Of a stretch of DNA of 64,000 bases, positions 47,401 to 56,296 are shown piece by piece. The stretch covers positions 8,047 through 72,046 of the forward strand of contig JBIIJY010000002.1 in assembly GCA_044233485.1 (NCBI GenBank). The letters run 5' to 3'. The DNA is from Minisyncoccia bacterium. GTDB taxonomy: Bacteria; Patescibacteriota; Minisyncoccia; Phycocordibacterales; UBA6065. Both the position numbers and the translations under genes were made by a program. The notes beneath the pieces were generated by a model that saw nothing but the letters and a program-made list of their open reading frames with translations, did not search any database and had not been told where the DNA came from. The first letter of the stretch is position 1; the number at the start of each line of letters is the position of its first letter.

Positions 47401-49197
47401 AACTGTTGTTGTACCTAGTAACGTAAGTCCATTGGTTTCAACAACCGATGTAGCTGTTGATGCTAGGGTTGTAAATGTCTTTACATCTGTACTGTATGAT
47501 GTACCGCTTCCGTTTGTTGCATATGATTTGTAGTAGTATGTGGTGTTAGCAGAGAGTCCTGTTACTGAAGCAGAGTACGCTCCAGTTTCAAATATTCCTG
47601 CTTCTGTAGTCGTAGCCCCAAATGACAGTGTGGTTCCATATACGAAACCACGGGAGGTAGCACTACTTCCATTTGTATCTTGAATACTTCCGTTTAGTGT
47701 CGCTGTTGTTATCGCAATCAGGGACGCATCTGATGGAATTGTTGTAGGGGGTGAGTACGATCTAGTTGTAAATGACTCTATAGCACTAAAGCTTGTACCT
47801 CCAGAGTTTGTTGCATATGAGCGGAAGTAGTAGGTAGTACCTGGAGAAAGACCTGATACTGCCTGTTCTAGAAATCCGGTACCTGAATATGATCCGAGTG
47901 TTGATGTTGCAATTACTGTAGAGAGATTTGCTGATGTACCGTATGCAAATCCATATTGAGTTGCATCACTACCTCCTGTTGCTGTTATCTGACTGTTTAG
48001 TGTTGCTGAAGTGTATGATACGGCTGAAGCGAACAACTGAGATACAGTTGGCGGATCAACATCTGAAGTCGTTGTAAATGAGAGTTCTGAACCATAGTTT
48101 GTTGATGTGGCGTTTAGTGCAAACGCTTTGAAGTAGTATGTTGTGTTTTGAGTTAGTCCTGTTAGGTTCTTTGAGAACGCCCCTACTCCGTATGTTCCAG
48201 TATCGCTGGTTGTTGATGTGTATATACCAGAAGTTGTTCCATATACGAAACCGCGGGAGGTGGAGGAGGCAATACCTGACTGGGAAGTAATTGATCCATT
48301 TAGGGTTGCAGTACTTGTAGAGACCAATGAGGCAACAGATGTTGTGACTGAGGCACTATAGCCTAGTTTGTAAATTTCTAGAGCATCGTTTGTAGAGAGA
48401 GCTCGGTTGTAGATGCGGAGGTCGTCGATATATCCAGAGAGAGGAAAAGTGAACCCGTTAAGATCACCTCCTATCTGAAGTGGCCAAGCTGATCTCATTA
48501 ATGCGCCAGGATCAACACCACCACTCATGGGAGTATCGAGTAGAACACCGTTACGATACATCTTGAAATGACTTTGAGGACCTGGTGAATAAGCAAGAGA
48601 CATATTCATACCACTGAAAGTGATGACATAGTTAACCCAATTTGTTCTATAGTTTGTACCAGTTGTAGGACAGTAGCTAGGTAGATTTACACCAGAGCCA
48701 GTGTCTGCAGCGATCACAAAAGAAGAGGAATCTCCAGATGGATACGAGCTACAGGTATCAAGAAAGCCGGCTTCAACCATAAAGTACCCAATGCTCCCGG
48801 TAGGATCATTATAGAAAAGTGCACTTGGGTCGGAGGCCATTACTGATTTTGTAGACTTATACCAAAGCGATATTGTAAATGTTTCGTCTCGCTCGAAATC
48901 AAAGGCTGCCACACTATTTGTCATTTCAACATACCCTGTTCCATTGAATACCAACGCCTGTCCAACTGGCCCAGCAATAGTCGAAGTAGCCATTCCGTTT
49001 TTTATAAACGCATGGTTACCTTGACCAGAACTATCGGCAACGTTTGATGTTAGACTGGCAGTATCAAATGTATAGTGTCCTATCAAACCAGTGGTGATGT
49101 CTGCGCGCACTGTGGCAGGAAAAAAGCACACGCAAAGGAAGAACAAACTACATAGTACTGAAAAAATCCTCGAGGTGTGAGAACGGAAAGTATTCAT
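44464..49197 (-). CDS. giant secreted surface protein (1577 aa): LamG-like domain, six or more FN3-like repeats, putative peptidase-like domain, C-terminal peptidoglycan-binding-like domain
   Basis: Signal peptide. LamG-type FTISLWYKS...YIDDLRIYNRAL. Repeats of about 95 aa (TATLNGSI..SRGFVYGTT..TTYYFKA). Central DGHSDHRGAWPADAYYGE region. C-terminal SVRELQVFLNSTGF...FGINTERALLEFLELQ module. Confidence 0.7.
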   Translation of the reverse strand: MNTFRSHTSRIFSVLCSLFFLCVCFFPATVRADITTGLIGHYTFDTASLTSNVADSSGQGNHAFIKNGMATSTIAGPVGQALVFNGTGYVEMTNSVAAFDFERDETFTISLWYKSTKSVMASDPSALFYNDPTGSIGYFMVEAGFLDTCSSYPSGDSSSFVIAADTGSGVNLPSYCPTTGTNYRTNWVNYVITFSGMNMSLAYSPGPQSHFKMYRNGVLLDTPMSGGVDPGALMRSAWPLQIGGDLNGFTFPLSGYIDDLRIYNRALSTNDALEIYKLGYSASVTTSVASLVSTSTATLNGSITSQSGIASSTSRGFVYGTTSGIYTSTTSDTGTYGVGAFSKNLTGLTQNTTYYFKAFALNATSTNYGSELSFTTTSDVDPPTVSQLFASAVSYTSATLNSQITATGGSDATQYGFAYGTSANLSTVIATSTLGSYSGTGFLEQAVSGLSPGTTYYFRSYATNSGGTSFSAIESFTTRSYSPPTTIPSDASLIAITTATLNGSIQDTNGSSATSRGFVYGTTLSFGATTTEAGIFETGAYSASVTGLSANTTYYYKSYATNGSGTSYSTDVKTFTTLASTATSVVETNGLTLLGTTTVTLHGDIISTGGSDTITHGFAYGTSPTLSSVIATSSLGTYSGTGSFSGGLTGLTANTKYYYRAYVTNAIGTSYGAIKSFVTVDNNGASISFDLPSGGMQNYTLQLNVTVNSGDPSITIEWPLESGVTSYTIYRKATTDINWGSSIASVLYGSRRFVDTNISLGTKYEYKVVKNITGGTFAYGYLYSGIEVPLVDDRGKVILVVDDATVAAMTDEVNQLVLDLSGDGWTVIYEEVDDSTATVSSVKTLIEGHYDADPTNVKAVFLVGAIPVPYSGNINPDGHSDHRGAWPADAYYGEMNAVWTDSTVNNTSSTGTINDNVPGDGKFDQSLSAVTANSNIEIAVGRLDLRSMGSFGTANALHEQYLNRNHNYRIGNYTTVDRAFLSDNFGVFGGEAFAASGWRSFSPLIGGDNIVVSTSSADFLNNIRTINYKWVYGAGGAGYTGASGVANSSDYAAAPTYGVFNMLFGSYFGDWNNSDNFLRAPLASAGGALTSVWSGRPHWYFHPAGIGEPMSASILASQNNQVGNNILYSGNRGSGASYMAFLGDPTLRTDVVKPATSLVVATTSSTTVSLAWTASADTVLGYHIYRAHTTSGPYTRVSTQLVTGTSATTTFDAYNAQYQVRAVLLETTPSGSYYNNSQGAHQSLTVYAAPVLHALPPAQGVISASSSPIAISVTDDQTLVGDLTLSVISSNTSLVPNQNVSFNFATGTWSMVVRPLNGQVGTTSIRVTASDGVNQTSQSFIYTVADVPDTTAPSVPTGLISSEVTTTQITLTWASSTDSGTSGGTASGVVGYVVYRGGAPIATTTAITFTDTGLSSGASYLYSVRSYDGAGNYSALSSVVTVSTVSTVSSTPGTSSSASGGSSRTRRFISTISTLFRPTAVTPVVPQVNTIPQVNPPSNQRQTTSLPPVQTPIQRSTSVRELQVFLNSTGFRVAPSGVGAPGKETNTFGINTERALLEFLELQTRLLLQGWGYTIKK

Positions 49198-49272
49198 GAA
49201 TTACAATCTAATTTTAGCACAGGATACTTTTATTTCTCTCTATTTGTGAACAACCTAGTCTATTTCTGGATC

Positions 49273-49302
49273 AAAAAACACTCCCGTTAAGGAGTGTTTT
49301 TT
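49273..49302 (-). terminator. rho-independent terminator after rplY
   Basis: AAAAAACACTCC-CGTTAA-GGAGTGTTTTTT. Confidence 0.7.
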
Positions 49303-49316
49303 GATCATCTTTCAGA

Positions 49317-49979
49317 TTATTTCTTATCTCCGTCTGCCTCTGCGGCACCTTCTTCACCTTCTTTAGCCTCTTTACCTTTCTTTGCCACTTCAATCGTTGA
49401 AAGATCGATTGGAGCTGACTCTTCTTCCTTCTCTTCTCGAGGACGAGCGATAGCCGCCACCACTTCATCATCTTTTGTGACGAGAGTAACTCCGGCTGGA
49501 AGAGTGATATTCTTTGCGTGAATTGTACTTTCGAAGTCAACAAGTGTACTGATATCAACGACAATAGAGTGTGGAATCTTTGTTGGATCAGACTCAATTT
49601 CAAGCTCATAGAGCACCTTGACGAGAGTACCGCCAAGATCCTTAACCGCCCCTGAAACTCCAGTGAATTCAACTGGGACAGCGAGCTTAATCTTCTTGTC
49701 TTTGTCGAAGGCGTAGAAGTCGATATGTCGAACTCGGCCAGTCACTGGATGAATATCCATATCATGGACAAGAGTCATGACTTCGAGACCATCACCAGAG
49801 AGGGTGATTGGAGTTGTTTCTCCGGCTTTTCGCCACACTTTTGCGAAGTCGGAATATGCGATCGTAATAGGAGTCGATGGCTGCTTCTTACCGTAGAATA
49901 CGGCTGGGATCTTACCCTCGCTTCGAAGCGCCTCTAGATCTCCCTTAGGATCGCGCTTAGTAATTGTTAGCGTGATCAT
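49317..49979 (-). CDS. rplY: 50S ribosomal protein L25 / general stress protein Ctc
   Basis: MITLTITKRDPKGDLEALRSEGKIPAVFYGK, then a long acidic/lysine-rich tail. Confidence 0.85.
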   Translation of the reverse strand: MITLTITKRDPKGDLEALRSEGKIPAVFYGKKQPSTPITIAYSDFAKVWRKAGETTPITLSGDGLEVMTLVHDMDIHPVTGRVRHIDFYAFDKDKKIKLAVPVEFTGVSGAVKDLGGTLVKVLYELEIESDPTKIPHSIVVDISTLVDFESTIHAKNITLPAGVTLVTKDDEVVAAIARPREEKEEESAPIDLSTIEVAKKGKEAKEGEEGAAEADGDKK

Positions 49980-50045
49980 ATGGTTTTATATTTATTGAAT
50001 AACAATACAACTATAACACAGACAGAAGTAAAGTCAAAACCGAGA

Positions 50046-51254
50046 TTAGCCTACGTTTTGAGCGACGTTATAGATAGGAATAAGCACTGAAGCGAGGAGT
50101 ACACCCACGCCCAAACCAAGCATCACAATCATGAGCGGTTCAATGAGATCCACAAGCGTATCGACGGCATTGACCACCTCTCGCCGGTAGAAGTTTGCCA
50201 GTGTTGCGAGGATTTTACCAAGCTGTCCCGTCTCTTCCCCCACTTTAATCATGGCAATCATAATACCTGGAATCTCCTTGTGCTCACCAAGACCTTCGGA
50301 GAGTGCTTTACCACCTTTAATCGCATCCGTCGCTCGGGTCAAAATTTCTTCGAAAATTTTGTTATCTACCACGCCAGAAGTGAGTTCAAGGGCTCGCACC
50401 ATCGGAATTCCAGAGATAAGCATTGTGTTCATGTTGTCGGCAATACGCGACAAGTATAATTTTCGAAATAGACCTTTTACAGCTGGAATCGTGATCTTGA
50501 GCTTATCAAGTACGATGCGGCCAGTTTTTGTTCTGAAGTAATAGACAATTGCCCCAATACCGACAATGAGCAGTGCAATGAACAAGAAAATATACTGAGT
50601 CATGAACTTACTCAAAGCCAAAACGACCTGTGTGTAGATAGGAACCGCCTGTCCAGAGTCTGTGATAATGGTACTGATTTTCGGAATCACCACCGTCAAC
50701 ATGAGCGCCATCACCGCAAAGAAGGTGAAGACAACGAAAGCAGGATAGATGAGAGCGTTTCGGGCTTTTGAAGCCACTTCATACGTACGGTCTAGATAGT
50801 CAGCTAGGAAATTAAAAATCTCATCGAGCTTACCAGACTCCTCACCAGACTTCACCATGTTTACGTAAAAGTCCGAAAATACATCTTTGTGTTTTGAGAG
50901 TGCTTTTGAGATAGAAAGACCACCCTGAATATCATCCGCGACTTCAGAGAGTTTTATTTGAAGTGCCTTATTCTCGACTTCACCAGAGAGCAGTCTAAAG
51001 ATACGCAAAGCCGACACTTGAGCCTCGAAGAGGGTCGCCATCTGTCGGGACAAGATGACCACGTCTTTGTTCGATATTCGATTGAAAATCGCTATATCAC
51101 CACCGAGGATTCCACCTGTTTTCTGTGGCGTGATGCTTGCGATCACCAAACCTTGACGCTGAATACTAGCAATAGCGTTCTCTATGGAGACGGCCGTGAT
51201 TGTCCCCTCTCGCTTCTGCCCTGTCTGATCAAGTGCACTATAGTTATAAATCAT
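50046..51254 (-). CDS. pilC: type IV pilus assembly platform protein PilC (GspF family)
   Basis: Duplicated GspF domains with multi-pass TM segments. Confidence 0.85.
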   Translation of the reverse strand: MIYNYSALDQTGQKREGTITAVSIENAIASIQRQGLVIASITPQKTGGILGGDIAIFNRISNKDVVILSRQMATLFEAQVSALRIFRLLSGEVENKALQIKLSEVADDIQGGLSISKALSKHKDVFSDFYVNMVKSGEESGKLDEIFNFLADYLDRTYEVASKARNALIYPAFVVFTFFAVMALMLTVVIPKISTIITDSGQAVPIYTQVVLALSKFMTQYIFLFIALLIVGIGAIVYYFRTKTGRIVLDKLKITIPAVKGLFRKLYLSRIADNMNTMLISGIPMVRALELTSGVVDNKIFEEILTRATDAIKGGKALSEGLGEHKEIPGIMIAMIKVGEETGQLGKILATLANFYRREVVNAVDTLVDLIEPLMIVMLGLGVGVLLASVLIPIYNVAQNVG

Positions 51255-51262
51255 AATTGTAA

Positions 51263-52324
51263 TTACATTAGTCGTTCAAGCACTTTTGGATTTGGTGAAT
51301 GCATGTAGGCACTCTCAATTGATATTTCACCTCGACGAACAAGGTCAACCAAGCAACGGTTCATATCAATCATCCCCTGTTCAAAACCAGTCTCAATCAC
51401 TGTCTGTATTTCGTGAATTCTATTTTCGCGTATCAAGTTTTGCACAGCAGTGTTTGATATCAAAAGTTCATATGCCGGCACAAGGCCACCGGAAATTCGT
51501 GGAATGAGTCGCTGAGAGAAAATGCCCGTCAGTGAGCCAGCAAGCTGAATACGAATCTGATCCTGTTGCTCAGCGGGGAACGAGTCAATAATACGACTGA
51601 TCGTCTGCCCGGCATTATTGGTGTGCAGCGTTGAGAGCACGAAGTGCCCAGTCTCAGCCGCTGTCACTGCTGACGACATTGTCTCGGTGTCGCGCATCTC
51701 TCCGATCAGTATTACATTCACATCTTGTCGCAGGGCAGAGACAAGAGCCGTGTGGAAATCTTTGGTATCAATACGCACCTCACGCTGATCAATGATTGAT
51801 TTTTTCTGCTTATACACGTATTCAATTGGATCCTCGATGGTGATAATATGCTCCGCTCGGCGCTCATTAATGAGGTCGATGATCGACGCCAGCGTAGTCG
51901 ACTTACCATGCCCTACCGGCCCGACCACGAGAAAGAATCCTTGCTTCCGATCAACAAACTGCTCGAGCGACTGAGGAAGGTTGAGTTCAGAAAAGGTTCT
52001 AATCTTTTCCGTAATGAGACGCAAGACGATTGAAACCGCACCTTGCTGGAAAAATGCATTTCCTCGAAATCGCCCCTTGCTCTGCACTGCGTACGAAAAG
52101 TCTATTTCTTTATTCTTAAGAAACACCTCTTTATCCTCAGGTCGGATAATCTGATTCAAGTAGGCATCTACATCTTCTTTCTTGAGAACAGGCTTTCGAA
52201 CAAGCGGAATAAGATTGCCTCCAACTCGAATCATTGGATGACGCCCTTCTGACAAGTGCATGTCTGATGCCCCTTCGTCGAAGACGATATTAAAAAGATC
52301 ACTCAGTTCTGTTGAGATATGCAT
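51263..52324 (-). CDS. pilT: type IV pilus retraction ATPase PilT
   Basis: Walker A GPVGHGKST, Asp box, His box. 353 aa. Confidence 0.85.
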   Translation of the reverse strand: MHISTELSDLFNIVFDEGASDMHLSEGRHPMIRVGGNLIPLVRKPVLKKEDVDAYLNQIIRPEDKEVFLKNKEIDFSYAVQSKGRFRGNAFFQQGAVSIVLRLITEKIRTFSELNLPQSLEQFVDRKQGFFLVVGPVGHGKSTTLASIIDLINERRAEHIITIEDPIEYVYKQKKSIIDQREVRIDTKDFHTALVSALRQDVNVILIGEMRDTETMSSAVTAAETGHFVLSTLHTNNAGQTISRIIDSFPAEQQDQIRIQLAGSLTGIFSQRLIPRISGGLVPAYELLISNTAVQNLIRENRIHEIQTVIETGFEQGMIDMNRCLVDLVRRGEISIESAYMHSPNPKVLERLM

Positions 52325-52377
52325 ACGATTAAGTATATAGGAAAAACAGCAAAACTCTTCATACCTGTGAAGAGTCT

Positions 52378-52764
52378 CTACTGAGCAAAGAGAGCGTCTA
52401 CCTTTTCCAAAAGCGCTGAGGGGATGGTTTCTGACTTTACAATATAAATACTCACACCAATCTTTGAAGCCCGAGTAATATCTGATTCTTGGTTTTGATT
52501 GGAAAGTACCCCGAGTTTTGCCTGAGGCACTAAACCCTCTTTCTTAATAGTCGAAAAAAATTCAATCCCATCCATCACCGGCAACACCACATCAGAGAGG
52601 ATAATGTCTGGCACGACGCCGTCACGGAGTTTCTTAAGTGCATCAAGCGGAGCTGGCGACTTGATCACTTCATAACGGCCACTATTACTAAACTTCACCT
52701 CCCACATCTGTAAAAGCATCGGGTCATCATCCACAAATAGTATTTTTCGCTTTGGAGTTTCCAT
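52378..52764 (-). CDS. single-domain response regulator (CheY/PilH-like receiver)
   Basis: KILFVDDDP...DIILSDVVLPVMDG. Phospho-acceptor Asp context. 128 aa. Confidence 0.75.
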   Translation of the reverse strand: METPKRKILFVDDDPMLLQMWEVKFSNSGRYEVIKSPAPLDALKKLRDGVVPDIILSDVVLPVMDGIEFFSTIKKEGLVPQAKLGVLSNQNQESDITRASKIGVSIYIVKSETIPSALLEKVDALFAQ

Positions 52765-52766
52765 GG

Positions 52767-54479
52767 CTAGAGTCTGAGCACTTCTTCAAAAGGAATTTCT
52801 TTCTTGAAGGCTTTAATATAGGCATCTTCCTTGAGGGTCAACATACCCTTCTTTCGAGCAATCTTCCAAATATCTTCTTCGGTCGGACTGTGCAGGATGG
52901 CTCGCTGTACATCTCGATCGACATCGAGAACTTCAATCACTGCTGCACGACCTTTCGTTCCGGTAGGATAATCAGCGGTTGGTTCTGCACGGAGAATTGC
53001 ATTAGTAAACGGAACATCTTTTTTAAATTCTTCAGGCAAGTCAGAAAACTGCTTCTGCATTTGACCACTATATACCTCATCAAGCACCTCCTCCTTACCA
53101 GCGCCAGGAGCAATACGCGCAACGAGACGTTGGGCAATAGCACAGATAAGTGTCGGTGCGATCAGGTACGGATCAACTCCCATATCCACCAATCGAGGAA
53201 TCACACCAATCGCACTGTTGGTGTGGATAGTTGAAAGCACCAAGTGACCAGTGAGAGCTGCCTGAATGGCAAGCTGCGCGGTCTCCTTGTCACGAATCTC
53301 TCCCACCATGATTATATCCGGGTCTTGTCGGAGAGCGGTTCGCAGACCGTTAGCAAAGGTATAGCCGATCTCTGAGTGCATCTGTGACTGATTCACCCCT
53401 TGCATTCGATATTCCACTGGATCCTCAAGCGACATGATGTTTTTCGCATCATCGTTGATCTCCCCCATCATCGCGTAGAGCGTAGTTGATTTACCGGAAC
53501 CTGTCGGACCAGAAATCAAGATCAAGCCATACGGACGGGTAATTGCGGCGCGAATTGCTTTCAAATTTCGCTCGGTCATCCCAATAGACTCGAGTGATTT
53601 CACTCCTCGGCTTGGGTCGAGAATACGCATCACCACTTTTTCTCCATCAACCGAAGGCAGTGTCGATACACGGAAGTCGACACGATCTTTGCCAAACATT
53701 GCGTAAAAACTCGCATCTTGCGGACGTCGCTTTTCATCGAGCTTCATCGTCTGCGTCATAATCTTGATTCGGGCCACGAGTGGATCAAGAAGTTTCTTTG
53801 GCAAGATAAGTGATGTCTTGAGGTCACCGTCAAGTCGAAAACGGACTCGGATACGGTCCTGCATCGGCTCGATATGCACATCAGACGCTTTACCTTCTAC
53901 TGCATAACGTAGAATCGTATTAACGATTTTTGCCACCGGCGCATCTTCGATAATCTGAGTCTTGTTGAGGTTTGCGCTTTCAGCAGAGTCACTCGTATCG
54001 ACATGAATAGCCGCCGTGGTCTCAAGCTCACTCACCGCCTTCGTCACTTCTCCTGAGAGGTTTTTATAAAGCTCGAGGATATGCGCGTGATCCTCTTCTG
54101 TAATCAAATACAGGACATAGGGCATGCCTGTCTTTACCGAGATAAACCCGAGAGCATCTCGCGCCTCGAGATTATCTGGATCAACAACTCCGACTTCGAG
54201 GGCGCCATCCTTGATGCCAATCGGTGCAATTTTATAATGTATTGCTGACTCTTCAGGGATTGTTGAGAGCACTTCAAAAGCGACCTGCGCGTCTCCGACA
54301 TGTCTTGTCTCGATTCCAGCGAGAATTGCCTTTGCATCAAAAATATCGGTCGAGGTAATACCGTACTTCACCAACACCTCCTCTACTCCTCCTTTACTTT
54401 TTTTTGCATCAGCCAAAATAGCTGGCACATCGCCTTCCGTGATAACCCCCTTTTGAATAAAGTAATCGGTAAGTCTCAT
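52767..54479 (-). CDS. pilB: type IV pilus assembly ATPase PilB (GspE family)
   Basis: N-terminal GspE_N domain, Walker A GPTGSGKST, Zn-tetracysteine-free CPR-type C-terminus. Confidence 0.85.
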   Translation of the reverse strand: MRLTDYFIQKGVITEGDVPAILADAKKSKGGVEEVLVKYGITSTDIFDAKAILAGIETRHVGDAQVAFEVLSTIPEESAIHYKIAPIGIKDGALEVGVVDPDNLEARDALGFISVKTGMPYVLYLITEEDHAHILELYKNLSGEVTKAVSELETTAAIHVDTSDSAESANLNKTQIIEDAPVAKIVNTILRYAVEGKASDVHIEPMQDRIRVRFRLDGDLKTSLILPKKLLDPLVARIKIMTQTMKLDEKRRPQDASFYAMFGKDRVDFRVSTLPSVDGEKVVMRILDPSRGVKSLESIGMTERNLKAIRAAITRPYGLILISGPTGSGKSTTLYAMMGEINDDAKNIMSLEDPVEYRMQGVNQSQMHSEIGYTFANGLRTALRQDPDIIMVGEIRDKETAQLAIQAALTGHLVLSTIHTNSAIGVIPRLVDMGVDPYLIAPTLICAIAQRLVARIAPGAGKEEVLDEVYSGQMQKQFSDLPEEFKKDVPFTNAILRAEPTADYPTGTKGRAAVIEVLDVDRDVQRAILHSPTEEDIWKIARKKGMLTLKEDAYIKAFKKEIPFEEVLRL

Positions 54480-54482
54480 GCG

Positions 54483-54974
54483 TTAAAAGTTTGGCGTGAA
54501 CGGATTTGCACTTCCACCAGCTGGTCTTGTCGTTGGCGCTGGAGTAGGTGCAGGGGTCGGAGCGACAACAGGAGCCTGACTGCGATTGAGTAGGTTTGGG
54601 TTTCTATTTATGACCGCTTCGTCAACAGGGGCAAAAGGATTTGGTCGGCCCACGGTTTCCTCAAAGATAGCCTTACTCTTATCTTTGAGACGAAGGTAGA
54701 GCGGTGAAGCAAAGAGTTCAACATCAAGACTACGTATCTCACGCATCTGGAGCACTGCCTTGATCACTTGTTCGTCCACAACACCCTCCTGCACAGAAGG
54801 AGTAGTGGCCATAGCGGAAGTATCGGTCGATGCACCCATGTTCATCGTTGGCCCCATTGCCACCTGTTGTGCACTACCTGTCGAACGTTTCTGTGTCGCG
54901 AAATAGGTGACCGTACCGATAAGGCAGACCACGAAGGCAATGAGGAGTATTTTTTGTCGTTTTTCTTCAGTCAT
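54483..54974 (-). CDS. hypothetical membrane-anchored Pro-rich protein (possible PilP-like pilus alignment component)
   Basis: N-terminal TM helix, Pro/Ala-rich C-terminus. The assignment rests on position in the cluster only. Confidence 0.4.
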   Translation of the reverse strand: MTEEKRQKILLIAFVVCLIGTVTYFATQKRSTGSAQQVAMGPTMNMGASTDTSAMATTPSVQEGVVDEQVIKAVLQMREIRSLDVELFASPLYLRLKDKSKAIFEETVGRPNPFAPVDEAVINRNPNLLNRSQAPVVAPTPAPTPAPTTRPAGGSANPFTPNF

Positions 54975-54975
54975 A

Positions 54976-55584
54976 TTATTTTAACCAGTAGGTATTAGCT
55001 GAAAGGGCAAACGTATAGATTGCCGGACCAGAAGCAGACTTCTGAGCCGAGCCATCTTCAGTAACTGGACTGATCTTAATATCAGTCACATCAAAGATAC
55101 GCAAACTCTCTTCCATTCCTTGCAAGAGACTTTTAAACGTTGCGAGATCGGTTTTGACATTGAAGCTAAACTTTACGACACCGACACCACCATTAGACTG
55201 AATTCCTTGGGCTTGCGTGCGGAGCGGGGCTTGTGATTCACTTGTCTTTGAACTATCACCACCCTCTCCTGAGATATTGACGGTATCGAGCGGAAGGCCG
55301 TAGTCTGCGGCGATTTTCTGCAAATCAACAAACAGTCGAATATTGTCGATTGAGCTTGGGAGCAATTTATCGAGCTTATCAATCTCCCCTTTACCAATTT
55401 TCTGGTCTCGCTCTTCACGAAGCTTAGCCGAAAGTGCGCGATACTCATCAGTGATTTTGAGTGCCTCCGCGAGTCGCTCTTTCTCCTGAGTGATCTCAAC
55501 ATTACGAGCCACGAGAGTACGTGTTTGGAAGAAGTAGACACCTACCGAAGCAAGTATAAGTATGACGAGGACGATATTTTTCAT
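54976..55584 (-). CDS. pilO: PilO-like pilus assembly protein
   Basis: N-terminal TM helix, coiled coil, ferredoxin-like C-terminal domain. Sits in the pilMNO position. Confidence 0.55.
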   Translation of the reverse strand: MKNIVLVILILASVGVYFFQTRTLVARNVEITQEKERLAEALKITDEYRALSAKLREERDQKIGKGEIDKLDKLLPSSIDNIRLFVDLQKIAADYGLPLDTVNISGEGGDSSKTSESQAPLRTQAQGIQSNGGVGVVKFSFNVKTDLATFKSLLQGMEESLRIFDVTDIKISPVTEDGSAQKSASGPAIYTFALSANTYWLK

Positions 55585-56246
55585 TAGTTTTGCGTTTTCT
55601 TAAGTGAATTTTCAAGTCTGTTTTTTGCATTCACCACATTTTTATTCACGCTCATTTTTATTGTGAAAGAATATTTTGTCCGACCAGCGGGCGCAGATGA
55701 CTGCCCTGAACTTGATGATGACTGTGGCTGTACCGCCACGAGGTCGCCGACCACAAGATCAGATATCTCTCCTTGTTTTACTCGTTCAGACAATACTTGT
55801 GACTGATATGCGATGGTACCTGGAGTTGGAGCGATACCTTTCAGTGAGAGACTTGTAGTGTCTTTTGAACCGACTGAATATGAAAAATCGGTGAACTGAA
55901 CACTCTCGAGCGTCAGGTCGGCAATATAGTTGAAAATAGCTGACGACTCGAGATGCGCTTCGAGCACTTTTCGTGACTCTTTGATCTTTTTATCCAAAGA
56001 AACGAATGAATTGAGCTCGGCGATTGAGAAATCGCTTTGCTGACTTTTAATGGTCGCTTTGGTCACCTCTACCTCTTGCACGAGCTTTTTGTGCTGCAAA
56101 TATACATAGCCGTAGTAGCCCAGGGAACCAAGACATATAAGGATGGCAACAATCGAAAAAATATCAACGGCACGGGCACGTGACTTAGTATTCTCAACAA
56201 GTGGTTTCTTCGGTATGAAAGATGTCTGAAATTGCTGAGGATTCAT
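55584..56246 (-). CDS. pilN: PilN-like pilus assembly protein
   Basis: Short cytoplasmic N-terminus, TM helix IVAILICLGSLGYYGYVYL, periplasmic domain. Confidence 0.55.
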   Translation of the reverse strand: MNPQQFQTSFIPKKPLVENTKSRARAVDIFSIVAILICLGSLGYYGYVYLQHKKLVQEVEVTKATIKSQQSDFSIAELNSFVSLDKKIKESRKVLEAHLESSAIFNYIADLTLESVQFTDFSYSVGSKDTTSLSLKGIAPTPGTIAYQSQVLSERVKQGEISDLVVGDLVAVQPQSSSSSGQSSAPAGRTKYSFTIKMSVNKNVVNAKNRLENSLKKTQN

Positions 56247-56296
56247 TACTTACCCAGTATACTCTGAGAGTAAGACCCTTCTTTTCTGAATGTGGA

